Origin: Octopus vulgaris
Taxonomy: Eukaryota
Assembly: GCA_951406725.2 (NCBI GenBank)
Contig: OX597840.1
Coordinates: 21,700,001-21,764,000 of the forward strand
Direction of reading: 5' to 3'
Length of the DNA stretch: 64,000 nucleotides
A program made the translations under genes and the position numbers. The notes beneath the pieces were generated by a model. The model saw nothing but the letters and a program-made list of their open reading frames with translations, was not told where the DNA came from and made no database searches. Shown piece after piece: positions 15,987 to 27,355 of this stretch; positions within the stretch are counted from its first letter, which is position 1; each line of letters starts with the position of its first letter.

Positions 15987-16602
15987 CTAGAAGTATCGCC
16001 CGGCGTTGCTCAGGTTTGTTTCAACCCTTTAGAATTGGAATTTTTGAAAAGTAAAAATTTTGCATTATGTAGTTTGTTATTCTCTTTAACTCTTTCATTA
16101 CTGTATTTCTGTTGAGTTGCTCTGTGTTTCTTTCAATTACTTTAAATATAACAAAGAATTTAGTAAAATAACTTAGTTATGATTAAGCTAGTTTTAGGAG
16201 CATAAATTGTGACTAAGGTTTGGTGGAAGATTTTAATTCAGATCTTATGAAAACAAGACATTTGTACTACAGAGCCAGAGCTGGTTTCAGCCAGGTTGGT
16301 AATGAAAGGGTTAAGTGAACATTTTTCTGGTTCGAATACACCGAAAGACGGCAACACAGCAGTCAAAAAAATCGTAAAAAACAGGGATTTTTATAGAAAA
16401 AAAAAGCACGTTTTTGATGTAAATAATTTTTGGTGTTAACATGGTCCAATTTGAATTTTTTCTACTACGGAAAGAAGAGCAAGCCTTCTTCTATCATGCT
16501 CTCAATTTTGATCAACTTGCGCCGCAGGGTCTCGGAGGAGATAGTGTTAGATGAAGGCTACCAAACCTGCCACAGACAACTTCAGCTTTATATAGAGAGA
16601 GA
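15987..16602 (-). mobile_element. Non-autonomous Helitron containing a nested piggyBac MITE
   Basis: On the minus strand: A|TCTCTCTATATAAAG 5' end, subterminal GC hairpin, CTAG|T 3' end. Near-identical to 24013-24401 apart from the insertion. Confidence 0.8.
16090..16310. mobile_element. piggyBac-type MITE (family 1) nested in the Helitron
   Basis: Flanked by TTAA at 16086-16089 and 16311-16314. The empty site CTCTTTAAGTGAAC is present in the other Helitron copy. Confidence 0.85.
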
Positions 16603-17438
16603 TTATCAGTTAATTTCTTAGTTTCTTTTGTCATACATTCTGTAATGTCTTCCGTGGAACAGACAGGACCTAGAGGGAACATACGGGAGAGAAAGTCACT
16701 GGAAAGGTCACAGAACGTGTGACGAAAGAACTCTGACGGATAAACTAATAATAATGATGATGATGATGATGATTTCAAATTCTGGCACAAGGCCAGCAAG
16801 TTTGGGGGAGGGGAGTTAGTTGATTACATTGACCCCCCCTCCCCCTACTGCTCAACTTGTACATCAAAAGGTTGGAAGGCAAAGTCAAGTGCGGCAGAAT
16901 TTGAGCTTGGAATGGGAAGATGGACGAAATGCTATGAAGCATTTTGCCCAACGTGCCAATGATTCTGCCAGCTTGCTGCCTTAATACTACTACTACTACT
17001 ACTAAAGATAAAGTGAAAATCATCACCATCATTTAACATCTGCTTTCCATGCTAGCATGGGTTGGACGATTTTGACTGAGGGCTGGCGAACCAGATGGTT
17101 GCACCAGGCTCCATTCTTGATCTGGCAGAGTTTTTACAGCTGGATGCCCTTCCTAACGCCAACCACTCCGAGAGTGTAGTGGGTGCCTTTTACACGTGTG
17201 TGTATATATTGCATATGTGTGTGTATATGTATACATGTCTGTGTACATATGTATATATATATGTGTGCATATATGGTGTGCATGGATATGCATGTGTAAA
17301 AGTGAAACAAAAATGATGTGCAAGAAATAACTTGAAGTGACCCCAGTGGCATATATTTGAATGACAGAGAAATGCTAGCATGTTAAATGCCATACAACAA
17401 AATCTTTATTAAAATCATATCTGCCTCTAGATGACGTA

Positions 17439-17915
17439 TCTATTTTATAAAATCCACTCTGTCTGTGTGTGTGTCTTCTAGGATCTTGGGTATCCTCCAT
17501 CTGATTGCGCTCAAATTTGATATATAGATACCGATGGTATCAAGGCGTGTAGAAGTCTTGAAAAAATTCCAAAAATCGATTCCAGGTGAGAATGCAATCG
17601 ATAAAGCCATGGGAACGTGCATTTGTACACGCAAGTACATCAGCTGTTGCGATCGATACTATACGTACGCGAGAAAAATGCACATGCAGTTTGCGCAAAA
17701 AAGCCAACTGGCTTGAAATAACGCCACAAAATGCAGTATATTTAAGAGACCCCAAAAGTAAGATGCAAAAGAGATATTTTCTTCAAACTTGGCATGAAGG
17801 AAGGAAAGACTATTTGGTTTCTCAAGAAATTATTTTTTAATGAAAAGAAAACACTGATTGCTTTTTATTCAGCAGATATGATTTAGCACCGTCCACTGGA
17901 TGGGCGTTTTGCTCG
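17439..17915 (+). mobile_element. Non-autonomous Helitron-like element (second family)
   Basis: A|TCTATTTTATAAAA start, CCGTCCA-C-TGGATGG hairpin, then a CTCG|T end (variant of CTRR). Confidence 0.55.
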
Positions 17916-17918
17916 TGT

Positions 17919-17950
<32 letters not shown>

Positions 17951-17962
<12 letters not shown>

Positions 17963-18095
17963 CGTGAAATACATGAAGGGACGAACATAGGAGACAGACA
18001 GGTCATTCAAAGTTTCTGACTGAAGAATGAAGGCTTTGAATGACCCGTCTGTCTCTTATGTTCATCCCTTCGTGTATTTCACGTTATTTATATAT
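17951..18095. repeat. Palindromic foldback element (~65 bp arms)
   Basis: ATAAATAACGTGAAATAC...GTCATTCAAAG pairs with CTTTGAATGAC...GTATTTCACGTTATTTAT. Confidence 0.85.
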
Positions 18096-18974
18096 GTAAA
18101 GGTTTATTCTATATTTCGCAGCGTACGTGCACAATCTATTTATATATACATATATATATATATATAAATATATGTATGTATGTATGTATGCAGAATAATT
18201 TCTGTCAGCGTGGGTCACTGCAGAGAGTGACTCACTCTTTGACCCAATTACACAAGACTTGAATACTAGTGTTTGCTCGGGTCACATGTCATGTAACACG
18301 GTAGTAAAATGCACCAATTCATTCCTGTGTTGATCAAACTTATTTGGACATGTTGGATACCCTATTTAACCCTTTTATCAGTCAGATTACTCTGTCAAAA
18401 GGAACGCCTATTAATTCACATTGTTTTGAATTAATCATGAATTATCTCATAGCTTTGAGATTTCAGTGATGTGATTGCCTAGATTTGGAATTTCACTGTA
18501 GGTTTATTGTGAGAATATTTGGCAATGGCCAAAACTACAGTTTCACTTGGCTTGGTGTGTCTTCTCAAGCACAGCCTAGTACCAGGGTATCAGTCTCACT
18601 TTGTAGATTCTACATGAAGGGTGTCTGCTGGTATGGAGTAGAAGGGACAAACTGCTGCTCTGCTCATTGCAAGCTTCGACTGAGTCGCTCCCAGGCAGAC
18701 ACCTGCTCTTCACTTGACCATCATGGTCAAGAAAAGCACCTACCAAAGATCAGCATCAGTAAAGAAGACACACTAGATGCCACGTATACCCACCAAAATG
18801 CAATATGAAGAATTTGTGGAAACTGCAGCGATTGAGGCAAAAGAAGTTTTTAACTGTGTTCCAAATGATAGCAGAGCAGCTGTTAAGAGTCAAAGAGAAG
18901 CTAAGCCAAAGCTATGCGTGTTTACATGAAGCTACTTCAAGTAATAGACCCAGGATGGTCCCCCATCCTTGGTC

Positions 18975-19416
18975 TCCTTGGTTCTTGGTCTCAAGAATTT
19001 GTCTTATGAAGAAAGGCTGAAGATGCTTAACCTTTATTCTCTAGAAAAACGCAGCCGCCGTGGTGATCTCATTCTCGCTCACAACATCATAAGCAGAAAG
19101 TGTAACCTCTCGAAGGAGCTGTTCTTCACTCCTGCTCCAGAGCGTCGGCTGCGGGATCATTCCGAAAAGCTCTATCTGCAACGATTTCATCTCAATCGAA
19201 GGAGAGGGGCTTTCTCCGTCCGGGTTGCAGATCCGTGGAATAAGCTGCCGGACGAGATGGTGAAGATGCCGACGACCGCTTGGTTCAAAGTCTCCCTTGA
19301 CCACAAGTGGCCTGAACTCTTTACATGAACACCACCCTCTACATAACTCCATGTCCCCCTACATGGCCTTGTTTTTTGCTTTTTGAGCCAAAAAATTAAC
19401 TAACTAACTAACTAAC
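18975..19416 (+). mobile_element. 3' end of a CR1-group LINE with (TAAC)n tail
   Basis: LSYEERLKMLNLYSLEKRSRRGDLI...FSVRVADPWNKLP, followed by a UTR and TAAC repeats. Confidence 0.88.
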
Positions 19417-19762
19417 CCAAACATCTTGTGATTTTTTATTGTTAAATGTGAGAGGCATGTTGAAGCTCATCAACAAAAGGAAAATCTCAGGTGGGAGGGG
19501 TTTCTGCTTGCAATCAAACGGTATGACAGCCCTTACTGAAACATATACACACGAGGGGAAGCTGGAAAGTTTCTGGCTTTGGGTAAAAAGGAAATGCAGG
19601 AGGATCGGTTGATTTTGTCAGTGAAGAGGTCGTGGTTTCAAAGCGACTGAAATATTTTGACACAAATTAAATTTAAATGTTGAAGTGAATCTAACGGTTT
19701 TTGTGTTTCTTAAATGGCTTATAAACACCTTCCACGCTGCAATTGTGTGTATGTATGTATGT

Positions 19763-19970
19763 GGAGGCGCAATGGCCCAGTGGTTAGGGCAGCGGACTCG
19801 CTGTCGTAGGATTGCGGTTTCGATTCCTGCTGTACTCTTTCACCACTCTTCTGTTGGCCTGCTCGCTTAGCCAGCAGGGTGGCGTCATTCGAAGGCTAAA
19901 ACAATGCGAACGCATTGTGACCAGTGATGTGTAACAACATCTGATGGTCTGGTCGGTCACATGATGATGA
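19763..19970 (+). mobile_element. tRNA-derived SINE (family E), internally deleted
   Basis: A-box TGGCCCAGTGG and B-box GTTTCGATTCC. The tail CATTGTGACCAG..GATGGTCTGGTC recurs near 1060 and 26555(-). Confidence 0.7.
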
Positions 19971-21171
19971 TGTATGTATGTATATATATATATTGTTGAT
20001 ATTATAAGAATTTTATAAACTTCCAAGAGAACATGAAATAATTTTAGGGTGAATAGTGGATATTGAAGCAGGAATAAAAAGGTATAAATAACAGCATGTA
20101 AATATTAGGTTGAAAAACTCTTGGACAGAAACAATCGAAGACTACAAAACCACATTTTCTGTAGACATGACTGCTGTTTTACCATCGTAGTATATATGAG
20201 TCTGTCTGTGTATATATACATACATATATATATATATATATATCTAATGTAGGATAAAAATTTTTTGGAAAAAAATTCTTTTCGAAAAAATTTTATCAAT
20301 GGCCAGCATATTAAAAAATACCCTTAAAGGTTAAATTTATAAATTTATTTATGAATTGTTTATATATATATATATATATATATATGCTCTAATATCTGTA
20401 CAGCCTTGTTTTTTTTATCGTATTACACAAAAAATTCTTATATACACACGCTGACATAGAACCAACGTTGAACCCTTTATTCGCAATATTACCAAATCTG
20501 GAACTTAACCATGGTCTGTCTATAGCACTTATTTGACACCTTTGGGTTTCAGTGACACCATCATCTCTTATAACCTCAACTTCTTGCTTATATATATATA
20601 TACATATACAAAATAAGAAAATGGAGGAATACACTTTAATCAATCATCAACTACCAGATAATACCCATTTACATAATTTATTAACCAACTACATAGGAAC
20701 ATCCAGATCAAACACAATACAGAACAAAACAGTACACATCAATGAGTAATATGATACAATAAGTACAATACGTATAAATAAATATAAATATAAACATAAA
20801 TAAAAGTATATCCCTCCATTTTCTTATTTTGTATTATTAATTTGTGGTAAAACATTTTACCTTTGCCCATATAATACAGTAAATGAATTAATTGCATTGC
20901 AATTCTTAACATTTATGTATTAACTTTATTGGGTGCTTTACTGGCAGTATATTGGATATATGGTATCCCATAGTGGGTTACACTCATAACCCCTATCTCA
21001 ATTTGTATATATATATATATGGTATCCCATAGTGGGTTACACTCATAACCCCTATCTCAATTTGTATATATATATATATATTTATAGTTTTATTATCAAT
21101 TCATGACATTGCCACAAACTTAGCAAAAGGGCTTATTTTGATGTTAAACTACCTTTGATACTTCACTCGGT

Positions 21172-21550
21172 GTAGGCATGGTTGTGTGATAAGAATCTTG
21201 CTTCCCAACCACACGGTTCCAGGTTCAGTTCCACTGTGTGGCACCTTGGGCAAGTGATTATATACCATAGTCTTGAGCTGTCCAAAGTCTTGTGAGTGGA
21301 TTTGGTTGACAGAAACTGAAAGAAGCCCGTTTGTGTGTGCCTGTGTATGTCCTCTGCCTCTGCATGATAAATGGTGTTAGCATGTTAACATCCCTGCAAC
21401 TTAGCGGTTCAGCAAAAAAGACCAACTGAATGAGTACTAGGCCAAATAAAAAGAATAAGTACTGGGATGGATTTAATATTTGACTGAATATTCTTCAAGG
21501 CAGTTCCCCAACTTGGCTGCAGTCTAATGACAGAAGCAAATGAAAGATAA
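21172..21550 (+). mobile_element. SINE family A copy
   Basis: Same head, body and tail as the copies at 1659 and 34515. Confidence 0.75.
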
Positions 21551-21864
21551 AACCAAAGGAAATAAAATCAAAATTAATCTTGATGGGATCTGATTGCAGG
21601 ACATAAATGGTTGTACCTAAATACCACAAGGTATTTAATCCTTCATCCTAAAGATTGCGCTACTCATTGGCCTTGTATTACAACTTTCATATTACCAACA
21701 AAGTGCAACTCTATTGCAGCTTGCTTTATCGTGACGGATTTAGTTCTGTTTCTGATTGTTGCAGTGTAATTGCTTTTTGCTGTTAAATAGATAAATACTT
21801 GAGGCGTGTCATTACTAATGAGATTATAATTTTTTGGATTAATTAGTGAAGTAATTTTCAAAGG

Positions 21865-22118
21865 CAATAAATGCCAGTGCACCCTGACTGGCCAGTGGCA
21901 TGTAAAGAGCACTTTCCAGACATGATCGATGCCAGGCCTGCTTGACTGGCTCCTATGCCGGTGGCACGTAAAAAGCACCGACTACACTCTCGGAGTGGTT
22001 GGCGTCAGGAAGGGCATCCAGCTGTAGAAACATTGGCAGATCAGATTGGAGCCTGGTGTAGCCGCTGGCTCTCCAGACCTCAGTCCAACCCATGCCAGCA
22101 TGGAAAATGGACATTAAA
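21865..22118 (+). mobile_element. RTE-type 3'-end repeat (family B)
   Basis: GTGGTTGGCGTCAGGAAGGGCATCCAGCTGTAGAAAC...ACCCATGCCAGCATGGAAAATGGAC. Copies near 150-285, 17025(-), 38161(-), 38683(-), 46865, 50590(-), 51440 and 54760, usually ending in (GAT)n. Confidence 0.7.
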
Positions 22119-22475
22119 CAGTGGCTGTGTGGTAAGTAGTTTGCTTACCAACCACATGGTCCTGCTGCGTGGCACCATGGCCAAGTGTCTCCTACTATAG
22201 CCTCAGGCTGACCAAAGCCTTGTGAGTGGATTTGGTACATGGAAACTGAAAGAAGCTCATCATTGTGTGTGTGTGATACTGTTTTGTTGCCTTGATTTGG
22301 TACATGGAAACTGAAAGAAGCTCATCATTGTGTGTGTGTGATACTGTTTTGTTGCCTTGATTTCCTGTGATAATTGTAAATGGGCATCCCTGTTATACAA
22401 GCAGTGTTGTTCATTTCCGATTTACTGTGAAACCATATCTCAGGTCATGAGAAATATTACTTTACTTAGAAACAA

Positions 22476-22873
22476 CTAGCAGTATCGCCCGGCGTTGCTC
22501 GGGTTTGTAAGGGAAATAACTATATAAGCATTTTTAGAGAGTTATAGCCAAAAAATAGCAAAAAAAATGCATTAAAAATGGAAAAAAAAATGATGGTAAA
22601 TTTTTTTTAAACCGTTGACTCATCATAGACATTTTAGAGAGTTACTTCCCTTATATAATAGCGAAAAAATGCATTAAAATGGAAAAAAATGATGGTAAAT
22701 TTTTTTTTAAATCGTAGACTCATCATAGACGCGCGCTAATACCCAGAAGGGCTCGATATGAATCACGACTATAAGATACCCGGTTTTGGTTAAACTGTAC
22801 CGCAAAATGTGGGAGTAGTTAGGAATCTAAATCGTAGGAGACAGACACACAACTTCTCTTTTATATATAAAGA
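22476..22873 (-). mobile_element. Non-autonomous Helitron (same 3' terminus as 15987/24013, different body)
   Basis: The + strand begins A|CTAGCAGTATCGCCCGGCGTTGCTCGGG and ends TTATATATAAAGA|T. Contains an internal ~100 bp duplication. Confidence 0.75.
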
Positions 22874-23343
22874 TTAAGAGAGATAGACAGAGACAGAGTC
22901 AGAGAGAGATAAATAGACTAAGGGAGAGAGAGATAGACAGAGAGAGAGAGAGATAGACAAAAGGAGAGAGAGAAAGACAGACAGAATGATAATGGATAAT
23001 GGAAAAATGATAAGAATAGAGAAAGAGAAAGACATTGAAATAATCGTTTCATCTAAAGGCACAGGGCCTGAAATTTGGTGGGAGGGGAGTAGTTGGTTAC
23101 ATTGACCCCCAGTATTTCACTGGTACTTAATTTATCAACCCCAAAAAAGATGAAAGGCAAAGTTGACCTCTGTGGATATTATGAACCCTGAACATAGTGA
23201 CAGGTGAAATACTGCTAAGCATTTAGTCGAGCAAGCTAATGATTCTGCCAGCTGACCACCTTAACGAGATTGGAATAATAAAAGCAGTAAACAAAGAAGA
23301 GATGAAAAAAAAGAGAGAGAGAGAGAAAGGAGTAAGACTTTAA

Positions 23344-23564
23344 CCCTTTCGTGACCAACCTGGCTGAAACCAGCTCTGGCTCTGAGTACAAATGTTTTGT
23401 TTTCATAAGTTTTGAATTAAAATCTTCCACCAAACCTTAGTCACAATTTATGTTCTTGACACCAGCTGAATGATAACTAAGTTATTTTACTAAATTCTTT
23501 GTTATATTTAAAATTAATTGAAAGAAACACAGAGCATTTCAAAATAAATACGGTAACAAAAGGG
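23344..23564. mobile_element. piggyBac-type MITE (family 1), opposite orientation
   Basis: TTAA|CCCTTTCG ... CAAAAGGG|TTAA. Confidence 0.85.
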
Positions 23565-23910
23565 TTAAATAACACTGCCATGAGGATATGTGAGGAAAGG
23601 TTCTAAGAATAAAGTGAAAGACTGAGAAGAATAAAAGGGGTTAGGAGAGAGAGAAAAAGAGAGTGCGAGGAAAGAAACTGGTGCCAGGATGATAAAGGGA
23701 CAGTTTTAAAGGAAGAGGAAGAGGAATGGAAGTGGTGAATAAGGAAATGGAAAGAGAGAAGGATTGGGAGACATTAAAAGAAATTCTCTTAATTCAGTGA
23801 ATTAAAATTGAATTATGCAACTGTTTCCCTGCATTATGAGATCTTAGTTGTGTTTCCTCACAGGACAGAAACTCAAATGCAAACCTGGAAGTATGTATAA
23901 TACTGCCACT

Positions 23911-23929
23911 GGACAGCAGAGGGCGCAAT
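23911..23929 (+). promoter_or_regulatory. Candidate CTCF site
   Basis: GGACAGCAGAGGGCGCAAT closely matches the CCASYAGRKGGCRS core and lies in unique sequence. Confidence 0.45.
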
Positions 23930-24012
23930 CTGAAGGGGGACAAGCTTTGTATTGGACCCTACTACGTTCTTAACAGAATATACCATAACACACACACACA
24001 CACATATATAGA

Positions 24013-24401
24013 CTAGCAGTATCGCCCGGCGTTGCTCGAGTTTGTTTCAACCCTTTAGAATTCAAATTTTTTAAAAGTAAAAATTTTGCATTATGTAGCT
24101 TGTTATTCTCTTTAAGTGAACATTTTTCTGGTTGAAATACACCGAAAAATGACGACACATCAGTAAAAAAAATCGTAAAAAATAGAGATTTTCATAGAAA
24201 AAAAGAATCTTTTTGATGTAAATAATTTTTGGTGTTAACATGGTCTAATTTGAATTTTTTCTTCTGCGGAATGAAGAGCAAGCCTTCTTCTATCATACTC
24301 TCAATTTTGGTCAACTTGCGCTGCAGAGTCTCAGAGGAGATAGTGTTAGTTGAAGGCTACCAAACCTGCCACACACAAACAACTTCAGCTTTATATAGAG
24401 A
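24013..24401 (-). mobile_element. Non-autonomous Helitron (uninterrupted copy)
   Basis: TC...hairpin...CTAG termini on the minus strand, inserted in an AT dinucleotide with no TSD. Confidence 0.82.
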
Positions 24402-25120
24402 TATATATATATAATGTACATACATACACTGGGCTTCTTTTAGTTTCCGTCTACCAAATCTACTCACAAGGCTTTGGTCAGCCTGAAGCTATAGTAGAAG
24501 ACACTTGCCCAAGGTTTCATGCAACGGAACCGAACTTGGAACCTTGTGGTTGGGGAGCAGGCTTCCTTACCACACAGCCACACTTGCATGCATGTGCACA
24601 CGTATGGCATAAGTTGTAAATCATAATGAATGCATAAACGAATAAGGCACAGATGCAGAAGGTTGCCAACTCCTTATCAGTTGTCGGCCAGAGGAGGGTC
24701 AAGCGTAGTTTCACATGTGTATATATATCTATACATACACACACGCACAATGGAAAATTGAACATTGACTGATGGTGATAATGGTGTTCACATGTGGTGG
24801 GTTTAATTTGAAGTCTGTCTTTGTGTATGTCGGAGAAAATAAGGATTGGAAGGAAAATAAGATGTTTACGGCAAAAGGAAGACGATGAATGGAACGGGAG
24901 TGGAATAGAGAAAAGCAGAGAAAAAACACAAGGGAAAAAAGAAAAGAAATATATATATATAAAGTGAAACTAAAGGAATGAGACACGTAGAAGAAAGAAT
25001 AGGAAAATTGTGAGTGGGAGGAAGAGGAAAAGTGATTTTGCTTTTTTTAGGAAGTAATTTTTGGAATGTCAAGTTTTAATTTGAATACTTTGGAGGTCAG
25101 TTAGAGTTTTAAGTAAGTTC

Positions 25121-25724
25121 ATACTAAGGGAGTGGTCAGATGGGTTATACTGAGGGAGTGGTCAGAGGGTTTATACTGAGGGAGTGGTCAGAGGGTTAAT
25201 ACTGAGGGAGTGGTCAGAGGGTTATATAGTGAGGAAGTGGTCAGATGGGTTATACTGAGGGAGTGGTCAGAGGGTTTATACTGAGGGAGTGGTCAGAGGG
25301 GTTTATATTGAGGGAGTTGTCAGCTAGTTCATACTGAGGGAGTGGTCAGAGGGTTATATAGTGAGGGAGTGGTCAGAGGGTTTATACTGAGGGAGTGGTC
25401 AGAGGGTTTATGCTGAGGGAGTGGTCAGATGGTTTTATATTGAGGGAGTGGTCAGAGGGCTTATATTGAGGGAGTGGTCAGATGGTTTATAATGAGGGAG
25501 TGGTCAGATGGGTTATACTGAGGGAGTGGTCAGCTGGTTCATACTGAGGGAGTGGTCAGCTGGTTCATACTGAGGGAGTGGTCAGAGGGTTTATACTGAG
25601 GGAGTGGTCAGATGGTTTATACTGAGGGAGTGGTCAGAGGGTTTATACTGAGGGAGTGGTCAGAGGGTTTATACTGAGGGAGTGGTCAGGGGTTCATACT
25701 GAGGGAGTGGTCAGAGAGTTTATA
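25121..25724. repeat. Minisatellite, ~25-27 bp unit ATACTGAGGGAGTGGTCAGAGGGTTT, roughly 23 copies
   Basis: Directly visible tandem array with a near-invariant GAGGGAGTGGTCAG core. Confidence 0.95.
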
Positions 25725-26879
25725 CATGCTGAAGTGCAGTGGATGCTAATTTACATATTTGTTGTAATTGTGTGTTGAGTACTTGTAAAACTGTGTTAGT
25801 ATACATACATCAACCAGTCTGTCTGTTAGTCTGGCCATCTTTGTCCTTCCTACCTGTCTATTTTGGTTTCTTATACAGACATTCGTACACACACACACAC
25901 ACACATACCTGATGGCTGCAAACTCGTGTTTGAGTATGGCCATCACCTGATCGAACGTCCCACACATGCGAAGGCTACAACCAGCCATCTTTGTGATAGG
26001 TCTTACTTTTTTCTTTTGTTTCCAAGCGATGCCCGTGCATGATGATTTTTTTTTTACAGTGGGGAAAGGATTTGCACAGATCCAATCCCACTCCCTGAAC
26101 ATCGACAACATGAACTCAGAAAGAAGAACCAGTCTACATTACTGAATATTGTCAGTGTTACAGGTTTTCTCTGAGAGTTTCCCTCTCCTAGAGAGATGTT
26201 GTGACCACAACAGAGGCACCTCCCATTCCCAGCAAGGCCAACTGCATGCCTGGACACCAACCCAGGTATTTCCATGTCCCCATGCATATATACATGCAAA
26301 TACATACATATCTGTGTGTGTGTGTGTGTGTCCCACCACCACTTGACAACCAGTGTTGGTGTGTTTATGTTCTTGTAACTTAGCAGTTTGGCAAAAGACC
26401 CCGATAGAATAAACACCCTTACCCTAAAAACAAAATGAGTACTGGGGGTGATTACTTTAACTAAAACATTCAAGGCAGTGCTCCAGCATGGCTCCAGTCA
26501 AATATATGTGTGTGAGTGTATAAATATATGTATATATGTATATCGCCATATCAACCAGACCATCAGATGCTGTTATACCTTGCTGGTCACAATGCACTTC
26601 CAATTCTGTCTTGATTGTGGCATTCTTGACACAAATTGCTTAACTAAATCACCTTCCCATTCACGTGGATATACATACATATGTGCATATAAATATATAC
26701 ATACATGTGTGTGTGTGTATGTGTATATATGCATATACTTGTATGTGTATACATGTATATATTGACACGCACATGTGCATGCATGTGCACACACTCACAG
26801 GTGCAGTGGTATCACTTAACAGGTTAATAGAGTAAGTAGACTTAGTAAGTGGCAGTTGTGCAAGAGCAATAAAACTAAG

Positions 26880-27355
26880 AACCTACTAGAAATAGATTTT
26901 CTCAAATGCCCAGGAGGATCCCTAGAGGCAGCAGACAGTCTCTGTTCCTGGGTGACTTAATTAGCAGTGATGAAGGTTATTATGAAAGTGTAATTAAAAT
27001 AACAAGAATAAACTGGGAAAAGTTCAGAGAGCCGTTGCCTTTGTTGGTTACAAGTGGTCTGTCTCTCAGGGTCAAGGGCAAATTGTACGATGCTTGTGTA
27101 CAGACGTCATTGTTCCATGCTGGTGAAACATGGGCTGTGAATGCAGAGGACATGCGAAGGCTGGAAAGAATATGAAGCTAGCAAACTCTGATGGATGTGC
27201 AATGAATGTCAGTGTGCATGCAAGACAAAGTAAAAACGTGTTGGGGAAAAATTGAGCATAAGAGGCCTCAGGTGTAGTTTTGCAAAAGAGAAGACTGCGC
27301 TTGTATATTCATCTAATGTGTAATGGATGAAGACAGCTGTATAAAGAAGTGCCTG
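26880..27355 (+). mobile_element. Decayed RTE-clade LINE fragment (post-RT region)
   Basis: LGDLISSDEG..WEKFREPLPLLV..LSLRVKGKLYDACV..GETWAV..DMRRLER. Appears to resume near 28110-28260 after inserted elements. Confidence 0.8.

Noticed and set aside
19763-19830. tRNA gene
   Set aside because: It has A and B boxes but no complete cloverleaf, and it continues into a repeated SINE tail.
25121-25724. CRISPR-like array
   Set aside because: The linkers are ~12 nt, recurrent and related rather than unique spacers. There are no cas genes and the context is eukaryotic.
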